Shown: piece by piece, positions 27,739 to 36,400 of the stretch
Layout: the number at the start of each line of letters is the position of its first letter
Numbering within the stretch: the first letter of the stretch is position 1
Source of the DNA: an uncultured Clostridia bacterium
GTDB taxonomy: Bacteria; Bacillota; Clostridia; Christensenellales; CAG-917
Direction of reading: 5' to 3'
Length of the DNA: 64,000 nt
NCBI GenBank assembly: GCA_934254715.1
Contig: CAKQLT010000002.1
Coordinates: 928 to 64,927 of the forward strand
The notes under the pieces: model-generated
Database searches by the model: none
What the model saw: the letters and a program-made list of their open reading frames with translations, nothing else
What the model was told of the DNA's origin: nothing
Made by a program: the position numbers and the translations under genes

Positions 27739-28516
27739 TTTGCACATTCACACAAACAAAAGCGACGGCTCTCTCTCGCCCAGAGAAGTCGTGCGCTGGG
27801 CAAAAAACAAGGGCTTGGACGTTATGGCAATCACCGACCACGACACCGTGGCGGGGCTTGACGAAGGGCGCGACGAGGCGCAGAAAGTCGGCATAAAATT
27901 TGTCGGCGGAATTGAACTGAGCACCTTTTCAATTTGCGAAATCCACATTTTAGGATACAATATCGACTACAAAAACCCCGATTTCTTGCAAGAACTGCAA
28001 AAAGTGCAAGATATGCGCAAGGATAGAAATATCCGCATAGGTCAAAAACTCAAAGACCTCGGAATCAACGTTGATATTGATTTTTCGGCAAACGGACTCG
28101 GGCGTATGAATATGGCGCGCCAACTCGTGAAAGAAGGGTATTGCAGAGATATTAACGACGCTTTCGACAGATACCTTAAACCCGGGGCGAAAGCGTATTG
28201 CGAGGCAAAAAGACTTACGCCCGTCGAGGCGGTGAAACTCATAAAAAAATACGGCGGTTTCGCTTCCGTCGCGCACCCGAAAAAATACTTGCTCGACAAA
28301 CGCCTCGATATGTTGCTCGGCGGTCTTAAACAATTCGGACTCGACGGAATGGAACTCAACTATCCCTCGCACAACGAGCAAGACAAAAAGAACTTTGCCG
28401 CACTTATGGAAAAGCACCGCTTGTTGCCTACGGGCGGAAGCGATTTCCACGGTGACGAGGACAAGAACTTTGTTTACGACCTCGACCAAAGAACGGCGAA
28501 AAGATTGCACGTTTAG
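27728..28516 (+). CDS. PHP-domain phosphoesterase (TrpH/YciV-like)
   Basis: The ATG at 27728 overlaps the rmuC stop by 11 nt. The motifs are ADLHIHTNKSDGS, AITDHDT and GGSDFHG. Confidence 0.85.
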   Translation: MKADLHIHTNKSDGSLSPREVVRWAKNKGLDVMAITDHDTVAGLDEGRDEAQKVGIKFVGGIELSTFSICEIHILGYNIDYKNPDFLQELQKVQDMRKDRNIRIGQKLKDLGINVDIDFSANGLGRMNMARQLVKEGYCRDINDAFDRYLKPGAKAYCEAKRLTPVEAVKLIKKYGGFASVAHPKKYLLDKRLDMLLGGLKQFGLDGMELNYPSHNEQDKKNFAALMEKHRLLPTGGSDFHGDEDKNFVYDLDQRTAKRLHV

Positions 28517-28551
28517 CAGAGATTTTCTGCCAAACGCGCAATCAACTATAT

Positions 28552-28635
28552 CGTTGCTTTCGCAACGGTGAAATTCTCGCTTTGCGAGAGTGAAATTGTG
28601 ACTTACGTCACAATGAAATTGCGGCTTTGCCGCAG
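28552..28635. repeat. Tandem hairpin array, cluster 1 (4 stem-loops)
   Basis: The first stem-loop is CGTTGCTTTCGCAACG. Three more units start at 28574, 28596 and 28619. Each has the form (G/A)TGAAAT + T-stem-CTTxG-stem-A, with stems CTCGC, GTGAC and GCGGC. Confidence 0.85.
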
Positions 28636-28721
28636 TTGCGGATGATTTGAAATCAATTCTTCAGTTTGTCCTTGCGAGGAATAACGAATATTGCGACGTG
28701 TAGGTCAAGGCGAAGCCACAT

Positions 28722-28761
28722 TACGCTACGCTAGATTCCCACGCTTACGCTCGGAATGACG
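28722..28761 (+). repeat. 40-nt dispersed element, copy A
   Basis: TACGCTACGCTAGATTCCCACGCTTACGCTCGGAATGACG is near-identical to the copies at 31900 and 32554, in the same orientation. Confidence 0.85.
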
Positions 28762-28785
28762 AAATGGTGGGACACCCACACCCGA

Positions 28786-28999
28786 TTGCGACTCGCGTCA
28801 CAATGAAATTGCGGCTTTGCCGCAGTGAAATTCTCGCTGTGCGAGAGTGAGATTGAACTTCGTTCAGTGATATTGTCCTTGCGGACAGTTATATTGTGAC
28901 TTGCGTCACAGTGATATTGCGGCTTTGCCGCAGTGAAATTCTCGCTTTGCGAGAGTGAAATTGTGTCTTTGACACAATGAAATTGCGGCTTTGCCGCAG
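28786..28999. repeat. Tandem hairpin array, cluster 2 (10 stem-loops, ~22-nt period)
   Basis: Units start at 28786, 28809, 28831, 28853, 28873, 28894, 28917, 28939, 28961 and 28983. The stems are GCGAC/GTCAC, GCGGC, CTCGC, GAAC, GTCC, GTGAC, GCGGC, CTCGC, GTGTC and GCGGC. The linkers are GTGAAAT, GTGAGAT, GTGATAT, GTTATAT and ATGAAAT. Confidence 0.85.
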
Positions 29000-29080
29000 T
29001 TGAGGAAGATTTAGATGTCCTAAATGCAATTAACCGACAGAGTTAACGCCGCAGTTGAGGAATATTCAAATGTTCTTAAT

Positions 29081-29137
29081 AAAAAATAACCCCTTAACGC
29101 GGGCAACGCCGCGGTTAGGGGTTATTTGATTTTTTTG
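29081..29137. terminator. Bidirectional intrinsic terminator (copA on the minus strand; any plus-strand read-through from the hairpin array)
   Basis: An A-run is followed by AATAACCCCTTAACGCGG...CCGCGGTTAGGGGTTATT and then TGATTTTTTT. Confidence 0.7.
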
Positions 29138-29173
29138 CTTATTAGCCGTTTAATTTAACGTCGTTATTCCGCG

Positions 29174-31861
29174 TTATTTTATGCCTTTTACGTCGTAGCC
29201 GGCGTTCTCGACGGCGGACTTTAAGACGGAATCGTCTACGTTCGTCGCAAGCGTGACTACAGCGTTTTTATCGTCGAGAGATACCTCGACTTCCGTTACG
29301 CCGCTTACCTTTGAAAGTGCGTCCTTGACGTGCTTTACGCAGTGCATACACATCATTCCTTCGATTGAAATCGTTTTTTGCATAGTGTTTCCTTCCTTTT
29401 GAGTATTTTGTGCCGAATCGGTTCGATTTTCGCTTGCAATATCGTCGTTTGCGACTTCGCCGCTCGTTTCGTTCGCCGTTTGATTTTCTACGACCGAAAC
29501 CTCGATATTTTGCGCGTTTTCGGCAGTTATAGTTTGAGTTTGCTCGCCGTCTTTATGCGCGGATTCGTTTGATTTTACCGCTTGTATAACCTCGTTCACG
29601 TCGAAGTTTACGGGCGGTTTTTTGCGTTTGGTGTGTTTGTTCAAATTGACGAGGTTGAGCCTCAAAGCGTTGAGCACCACGCATACGCTCGAAAGGCTCA
29701 TCGCACCCGCGGCAATCATAGGATTGAGCGTGACGTTTATCGGGTCGAAAGACAGCACACCCGCCGCAATCGGTATGCAAATGACGTTGTATATGAACGC
29801 CCAGAACAAGTTTTCTTTGATGTTGAGAAGGGTGCGTCTCGAAAGCGTGACGGCTTTTGCCACGTCCGAAAGGCTCGACTTCATAAGCACTACGTCCGCG
29901 CTGTCTATGGCGATGTCCGTGCCCGCGCCGATTGCTATGCCGACGTCCGCGCGAGAGAGGGCGGGCGCGTCGTTGATTCCGTCGCCGACCATAACGACTT
30001 TGCCGTACTTTTTGAGGGAAGATACCACGCGGTCTTTGTCTTGCGGCAATACGTCGGAAATGACCGCGTCAACGTTACACTCGTCCGCAATGGCTTTTGC
30101 GCTGAGCGAGTTGTCGCCCGTGAGCATAACCACGCGCAAGCCTTGTTTTTTGAGGGTGGAAATTGCTTGCGCGCTGTCGGGTTTTATCTCGTCCGCAACC
30201 GCAATCACGCCCGCGATTTTGCCGTCGAGAGCGAAGTAAAGAGGCGTTTTGCCTTGCTTCGAGAACGCGTTTGCGACGGCTTCAGCCTCGTCCGTAAGCA
30301 ATGAATTTTCACGCATTAACGAGGCGTTGCCGATGAGTGCGTCGAGTCCGTCGAGCGTGCCTTTTATGCCGTGTCCCGACAAGTTTTGGAAGTTGTCGGC
30401 GGCAGGAATTTCGCCGTTTGTAATCTCTTTTGCGCGGTTGACGATTGCCGAAGCGATGGGGTGTTCGCTTCCCGATTCGAGCCTTGCGGCAAGCAAAATC
30501 AAGTCGTTTTGTCCGACCGTTCCGAGCGACTTTACGTCGGTTACGACGGGCGTTCCTTTGGTTATCGTGCCCGTCTTGTCAAGCACGATTATATCCGTTT
30601 TACCCGCTTCTTCAAGGGCGGTTGCGGTCTTGAAAAGCACGCCCGCTTTCGCGCCTTTTCCGTTGCCTACCATAATCGCGACGGGGGTTGCGAGACCCAG
30701 CGCGCAAGGGCAACTTATGACCAAAACGCTGATTGCGTGTTTGAGGGATTGTTCGACGTCTTTGGTGATTGAAATCCAGACTATGAAAACGAGCAAAGCA
30801 ACCAAAATGACGGTTGGTACGAATATTCCAGACACTTTATCTGCCGTTTTTGCAATCGGGGCTTTCGACGCGGACGCGTCCTCGACGAGTTTTACTATGC
30901 CCGAAAGTGTGGTGTTTTCGCCCACTTTTTGCGCTTTTACGGTTACGAATCCGTTGAGGTTGGTAGTGCCCGAAATGACGCTCGAACCCTCGCTCTTGTC
31001 AACGGGCATACTCTCGCCTGTGACGGACGATTCGTTGACCGTCGTTTCGCCGCTCACTATCACGCCGTCGGCGGCGAAGTTCTCGCCCGGGCGCACCGTG
31101 AACAAGTCGTCCACGTTCAAATCGGATACGGGGATTTCCGTTTCCGTTCCGTCTTTAAGCACTCGAACCGTTTTCGGCGCAAGATTCATAAGTCCTTTGA
31201 TTGCCGAAGTGGTTTTGCCTTTGCTGTACGCTTCCAAAGTTTTGCCGAGCGTTATGAGCGCGAGTATCATCGCCGCCGACTCGAAGTATAAGTTGTGCGC
31301 GAGGTGGTGAAGATGCTCGGGGTGTACGCCTGCTTGTATCATAAGCGCGACGCTGTATACGAAGGATATTGCGCTGCCCATCGATACGAGCGTGTCCATA
31401 TTCGGCGCGCGGTGGATAAGGCTCTTTGTGCCGCTCACGAAAAACTTGCCGTTGACAACCATAATCACGAGCGACAGCACGAGTTCGTATACGGCGATTG
31501 CCATCGGGTCGTCCTTGAACGACAGCGGCCAGTCCCACATAACCACGCCCATCGAAACGTACATAAGCGGCAAGAGCAACGCGATAGAAATCGCAAGGCG
31601 AATCACCATAACGAGTATGGGATTCATTTTGTCTTTCTTTTCGGATTTGTCGCTCGCGAGGGCGGCTTTGTAACCCGCTTCCGCCACCGCTTTGCATATG
31701 TCTTTTGCCGTGAGCGGTGCGTCGTACTCGACGAGCATAGAGTTGGTCAAAAGACTGACGCTTACGCTCTTTACGCCGTCGAGCGCGCCCACGACTTTCT
31801 CGACTCTCGCCGAGCAAGCCGAACACGACATTCCCGATACGTTGAATTTTTGTTTTTCCAT
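29174..31861 (-). CDS. copA: Copper-translocating P1B-type ATPase with N-terminal and C-terminal HMA domains
   Basis: The RBS is GAGGAA. The N-terminal HMA carries GMSCSACSARVE. The core motifs are CPC (SCPCALGL), DKTGT, GDGINDAP and TGDN. A low-complexity linker leads to a second HMA (MQKTISIEGMMCMHCVKHV). Confidence 0.93.
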   Translation of the reverse strand: MEKQKFNVSGMSCSACSARVEKVVGALDGVKSVSVSLLTNSMLVEYDAPLTAKDICKAVAEAGYKAALASDKSEKKDKMNPILVMVIRLAISIALLLPLMYVSMGVVMWDWPLSFKDDPMAIAVYELVLSLVIMVVNGKFFVSGTKSLIHRAPNMDTLVSMGSAISFVYSVALMIQAGVHPEHLHHLAHNLYFESAAMILALITLGKTLEAYSKGKTTSAIKGLMNLAPKTVRVLKDGTETEIPVSDLNVDDLFTVRPGENFAADGVIVSGETTVNESSVTGESMPVDKSEGSSVISGTTNLNGFVTVKAQKVGENTTLSGIVKLVEDASASKAPIAKTADKVSGIFVPTVILVALLVFIVWISITKDVEQSLKHAISVLVISCPCALGLATPVAIMVGNGKGAKAGVLFKTATALEEAGKTDIIVLDKTGTITKGTPVVTDVKSLGTVGQNDLILLAARLESGSEHPIASAIVNRAKEITNGEIPAADNFQNLSGHGIKGTLDGLDALIGNASLMRENSLLTDEAEAVANAFSKQGKTPLYFALDGKIAGVIAVADEIKPDSAQAISTLKKQGLRVVMLTGDNSLSAKAIADECNVDAVISDVLPQDKDRVVSSLKKYGKVVMVGDGINDAPALSRADVGIAIGAGTDIAIDSADVVLMKSSLSDVAKAVTLSRRTLLNIKENLFWAFIYNVICIPIAAGVLSFDPINVTLNPMIAAGAMSLSSVCVVLNALRLNLVNLNKHTKRKKPPVNFDVNEVIQAVKSNESAHKDGEQTQTITAENAQNIEVSVVENQTANETSGEVANDDIASENRTDSAQNTQKEGNTMQKTISIEGMMCMHCVKHVKDALSKVSGVTEVEVSLDDKNAVVTLATNVDDSVLKSAVENAGYDVKGIK

Positions 31862-31899
31862 ACTATTTCCTCATTGTGTTTTGCACAAAATTCGTTTTT

Positions 31900-31946
31900 T
31901 TCGCTACGCTGGATTCCCACGGTCACTTCGTTCCCTCGGAATGACG
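31900..31946 (+). repeat. 40-nt dispersed element, copy B (variant, inside the csoR-copA spacer)
   Basis: The sequence is TTCGCTACGCTGGATTCCCACGGTCACTTCGTTCCCTCGGAATGACG. Confidence 0.8.
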
Positions 31947-32129
31947 GGCGCAAAAATCATCGTCGAGGCAACGGCAACAAGCAGGTTTGCGTATTGCCGA
32001 GAGCCTTGCTCGATTTTTGCGCTACTACCGCGCAAGCCCTCTTCACTCTCAAAACAAGACGGACAAGGAATCAAACCACAATTTCGTGCGAGTGCTTGCT
32101 TGGTGCGTTCTTTGCAGTTGCGACCGTAA

Positions 32130-32459
32130 TTATTTCATTTTCTTGATGAGTTCAATCGCTTCGTCGAGAATTTGTACGTTGCCGTCTTGCACGTTTTCCA
32201 CCACGCACGTTTTGAGGTGTTCGCCCAGTATCTCGTAGCCGAAACTTTCAAGCGCGCGCTGTACCGCCGACAACTGTATAAGTATATCGCCGCAATAGCG
32301 ATTGTCGTTGAGCATATTTTTGATTCCGCCGAGTTGCCCGATTATGCGATTGAGCCTCGAATTGAGCGATTTCAATTCTTCGTCGCTTCGGGGCGTGTGC
32401 TTTTGATGAGTGCAACACGAGCAACAAGCCGTGCATTGTTGTTTTTCGTCGTTTTCCAT
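32130..32459 (-). CDS. csoR: CsoR-family copper-sensing transcriptional repressor
   Basis: LNRIIGQLGGIKNMLNDNRYCGDILIQLSAVQRALESFGYEILGEHLKTC is the CsoR/RcnR (DUF156) fold. I chose the ATG at 32459, which follows GAGGT, because the longer ORF (32507) would contain the operator. Confidence 0.88.
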   Translation of the reverse strand: MENDEKQQCTACCSCCTHQKHTPRSDEELKSLNSRLNRIIGQLGGIKNMLNDNRYCGDILIQLSAVQRALESFGYEILGEHLKTCVVENVQDGNVQILDEAIELIKKMK

Positions 32460-32470
32460 TGTGTACCTCG

Positions 32471-32489
32471 TATACCCTATGGGGGTATA
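32471..32489 (-). promoter_or_regulatory. CsoR operator (GC-tract pseudo-palindrome)
   Basis: TATACCCTATGGGGGTATA matches the known CsoR operator architecture TACCC-N4-GGGGGTA. It lies 12 nt upstream of the csoR ATG. Confidence 0.7.
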
Positions 32490-32553
32490 TTGAGTATAAA
32501 TCCGCATAGCGCGATAGTCAACGGAATTTCGGAATTTTTTTGAGAAAAAACAT

Positions 32554-32593
32554 TTCGCTACGCTGGATTCCCACGCTTACGCTCTGAATGACG
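32554..32593 (+). repeat. 40-nt dispersed element, copy C
   Basis: The sequence is TTCGCTACGCTGGATTCCCACGCTTACGCTCTGAATGACG. Confidence 0.85.
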
Positions 32594-32691
32594 ATGTGGG
32601 CGATTGACTTTGCCGCAACGCCGTTTGAGCAATGTTGTATAGCGTTTGTAATACATTTGCATTAAAAATGCGCACAAAGTGTCAAAATGTA

Positions 32692-32720
32692 TTGACATTG
32701 TGTGTATATTGTGATACATT
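32692..32720 (+). promoter_or_regulatory. Candidate promoter/operator region of the relB-yafQ module
   Basis: TTGACA (32692-32697), a 17-nt spacer, then TACATT. ATACATTTGCAT and ATACATTTTGCAT motifs lie at 32651 and 32716. The inverted repeat AATGTAT...ATACATT spans the promoter. Confidence 0.45.
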
Positions 32721-32749
32721 TTGCATAGAATATAGAAGGAGGAAGGCTT

Positions 32750-33022
32750 ATGGCGAGCAAATCTATTTGCATAAGAACCGATGAAGAAGTGAAAAAAGAT
32801 GCCGAAGTGCTTTTTGACAGTATGGGTATGTCGTTGTCGACGGCTGTCAACGTCTTTTTGAAACAGGCTATTCGCGTCAACGGTATGCCTTTTGAATTGA
32901 AAGGATATGCCCCCAACGACACCACGAGAGCGGCAATAAAAGAAAGCGACGAAAAAGTCCTTTCGGGCAAAAGCAAAGGTTATAACGATATTGATAGTCT
33001 TAGGTCTGCTTTGGAACTATGA
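32750..33022 (+). CDS. relB: Type II antitoxin, RelB/DinJ family
   Basis: The RBS is AGGAGG. MASKSICIRTDEEVKKDAEVLFDSMGMSLSTAVNVFLKQAIRVNGMPFEL is a typical DinJ/RelB ribbon-helix-helix N-terminus. A 4-nt overlap joins it to the toxin gene. Confidence 0.9.
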   Translation: MASKSICIRTDEEVKKDAEVLFDSMGMSLSTAVNVFLKQAIRVNGMPFELKGYAPNDTTRAAIKESDEKVLSGKSKGYNDIDSLRSALEL

Positions 33023-33294
33023 AGTATATCGTTGACTTTACCACGCAGTTCAAAAAGGATATAAAACTTGCAAAAAAGCAAGGCAAAGACACAGAGAAGA
33101 TATTTGAAGTGGTCGAAAAACTTGCAAACGACGAAGTTTTGGAAGCAAAATACAAAGACCATTGTTTGACGGGGGATTATAAAGATTGCAGAGAATGTCA
33201 TATCGAGCCGGATTGGCTTTTGATATACAAAAAGTATGAGTCCGAACTGATATTGATGCTTGTCAGAACGGGCAGTCATTCGGATTTGTTTTAA
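33019..33294 (+). CDS. yafQ: Type II toxin, YafQ/RelE-family mRNA interferase
   Basis: The toxin motifs are FKKDIKLAKKQGKD...HCLTGDYKDCRECHIEPDWLLIYK...LVRTGSHSDLF. Confidence 0.9.
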   Translation: MKYIVDFTTQFKKDIKLAKKQGKDTEKIFEVVEKLANDEVLEAKYKDHCLTGDYKDCRECHIEPDWLLIYKKYESELILMLVRTGSHSDLF

Positions 33295-33399
33295 GATACA
33301 AACGTAAAATAAATAGCGTTTCGGGCGAGGTGTTGGAAGACGTCTCGCTTTTTTGTCGAAAATTTTCTGAAAAAATTTGCAAATCGTCCAATAAAACGA

Positions 33400-33428
33400 T
33401 TGCTTGGATTGTATATGTAATATAAAAT
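33400..33428 (+). promoter_or_regulatory. Candidate promoter of the giant gene
   Basis: TTGCTT, a 17-nt spacer, then TAAAAT, about 40 nt upstream of the ATG at 33470. Confidence 0.35.
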
Positions 33429-33469
33429 ATATAAATAATGCGTGTATGCGCACACAGACGGAGAGTAAG

Positions 33470-36400
33470 ATGAGAAGTACAAGGATAGGACAAACCAAAC
33501 TGAAAAAATGTATGAAGTTGACTGCGAGCGGATTGCTGCTTGCGGTGATGTTTGTCCTCGTCTTTGCCGGCACGCTCTCCGGTGCTTTCGGCATTGAAAA
33601 TATTGCAAACGCTGCGGTTTCAAAAAGTTATGGCAGTTCGGATAGTATGGCAACAACGCATACCATTCCTATCAGTGCAAGCAACTGGACACTCGAAGCG
33701 GTTTCTTCTACGCAAAACGCGGCTCGCGTTTACGGTTTGGGCGGCGATTTTACCGATTCGTATTCAAACAACGACAGTTATAACAAAGCGTTCAGAATCC
33801 GCCCCGTTACGTTTGCGGCAAATGAAAATATCGCAGACCCTACCGCAAATAAAGTCGGCGGAAGCACCACGAAGGGCGGAACGAGTTATGGAACTTCGCT
33901 AAAATACGATTCAGTCGGTATCAACGCAATGAGCGGCGATGATAACTGCGGTACGGCTGTTTTCAACTTGTACACGACAATTCAAGTGCCGCAATCTATT
34001 ACGAGTTTCTCTTTCGACGCGCTTATGTGGGCGGGAATGGACGCATACAAGGCGTCTTCTTGGGGAAGCGGAACACCTTCGCATAACACTTCTTTTAATC
34101 TCGCGGTATATGCGGGTGACGGCGTGAGAAGCGGAACGGCTCTTTGCAACACGTCGTCTTATAGTATTTCAAGTTCTAATTCAAGCAAAAACAGCGTTGA
34201 AACAAAAACCGACGGAAGTATTTCCAAATCGGATATTGACATTTCAAACGTTGCTATTTCAAACGGCACAAAATCTATAACCATAGTATTGCAGATGTCG
34301 GCATATAAAGCCGATACCGGCGGTTATTACGATATGTCAACCCATATGCTTCTCGTTTACAATATGAGAATCTCATATAAAGGTCATTATCAAGTGGCGT
34401 TCAACGGAAACGGAAGCACGAAAGGTTCGATGAGCAATCAAGTGCTTACATACGGCGCGGGCGATTCGCTCAACTTGAATCAGTTTGAAAGAGCGGGTTA
34501 CAAATTTACGGGTTGGAACGACCAAATCGACGCAAACGGAAACGGAATCGGCAATAGTTTTGCAGACGGTGCGACCATTACGGAAGATTTTACGAAAACG
34601 CCTTCAACGTCGAGCGCAAACGGTATCGTGGCAAAAACGTTGTATGCGCAGTGGACGCCGTTGTTCGGCTTGATATATCACCAAAACGCCTCGTCGGGCG
34701 ATACTACGACGGTTTATTATAATATCGAGGGCGGCTCGCAGATAACCTTGTATACGGCAGACGACTTTGCCGCAACGGGCGCACTCAGCGGTTTTGCGAA
34801 ATCGGGCTACTATTTTGCGGGGTGGGCGGATTCTGCCGACTCTCAAACGCCGTTGCCGAGCACGATTACGGCGGGCGCAAACGGTCAAACGCGCGATATT
34901 TACGCAATTTGGAAACCCATTGAATACACCATTTATTTCGATAAAAACAATACGAGCGCAAGCGGCACAGTCGATAATATAAGCGGCTACGGCGGAAGCG
35001 CAATCGCAAGTTTGCCCTACGGCTACCATATGCAAGACGGCTTCTTCACGGGGTGGACGTTGAACGCTACCGGAAGCGGCACTTTCTACAAAAAAGGCGA
35101 GGGTATTTCGGCAACCGCTCTCAACGCGCTTTTGACAAACGCGCAAAATAAAAAGATAGACACGGCAAGCGTTTCGTTGAGATTGTACGCGCAATGGGTC
35201 ACTAATATCGAGTTCGGCAAAGACTCGGGACACCTCGACGAAAAGTGGGGTTCGCAAAGCAATCCGTACGTCATTCGCAACGTCACGCAACTCAACAACC
35301 TTGCAAAAATCGTAAACGCAAAATGTTCCGCTTCGGCTAGCGGCGTGGTGGGCAGTATCGTCGGCTCGTCCTACGCTTATGCGACGAATCCGCTTGCAAG
35401 CGCAAACGGCGGATATGCAAATTGCTATTTCAGACTCGACGTAGACATAACGAATATGTCGGGCTTTACGACGCCTATCGGCACGAATACGGCGGTATTT
35501 TCGGGATTTTTCGACGGCAACAATAAAACGTTGAGCGGAATCGACATCGACAAGGCGGGCAGTTACGTCGGCCTTTTCGGCTATACGAGCGGCGCAACCA
35601 TTCAAAACCTCACGATTTCGGGTTCGGTGAAAGGCTCGAAGTACGTCGGCGGCGTTGTGGGTTACGCACTTAATACGACGATTTACAACGTAACCAACAA
35701 TGCGACCGTCACCGCAAGATATTCGGTGGATAACGACGCGGGCGGAAGCATAATTCAATACGACGGCGGCAATCAGACAAACGAAGGTTTCGATAAGGTT
35801 TTTGACGGAACGGACAAGAAGTTCTGCGGCACGCAATCGGGTATGAGTTTCGTTGCGGATTTGGGAAGCAGTTTGGCGATTTCGGGTTTTGCAATCAAAA
35901 ACGCAAACGACACGGCAAGCAATACAAACAGACGTCCCAAAACGATTCAAATTTGGGGTTCGGACGAAAGCACGAATCACGGCAATAAAAACGATAAGGG
36001 AAACGCGGGCGCGTCGCCGACAAGCAAAGGCTATACGAACTGGAATCTCGTATTCTCGCTCGATACGAACAATTTTTCTTCAACGAACTACGAGAGAGTC
36101 GAGTTCGCATTTGACGGAAACAAAACTTACAAATACAGATACTACTGGGTTTATATCATAAGCGCGGGCGGTATCATTCAGTTTTCCGAGTTCGATTTCT
36201 TGGCGGCGGGCGAGGACGTAGGTGGCGTGGTCGGCTACGCTTCGGGTACGAGCGGAAACGGCACGGTCATTTCAAACGTCAAGAACAACGCAAGCGTTAC
36301 GGGCAGTAACTATACGGGCGGTCTCGTCGGCAGAGCGAGCGGCATTTTTGCAATTACCGATTCGTCAAACGCGGGCGGCATTATGGGCTTCGACGGCGTT

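Noticed and set aside
28552-28999. The hairpin array read as a CRISPR locus.
   Set aside because: The period is only ~22 nt. The conserved part is a 7-nt linker, while the variable parts are themselves palindromic. No leader or cas genes are present. This layout is the inverse of repeat-spacer architecture.
33404-33469. Longest-ORF N-terminal extensions taken at face value: 33404 for the giant gene, 3661 for GH78, 2823 for the SGNH hydrolase, 6287, 15754, 16551, 18969, 22964, 27698, 32507 and 60695.
   Set aside because: Each extension overlaps the upstream gene, a promoter/operator or an RBS. Each also adds residues that destroy an otherwise typical N-terminus, such as a signal peptide, lipobox or PP-loop spacing. 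Internal ATG or GTG codons with proper Shine-Dalgarno sequences were chosen instead.
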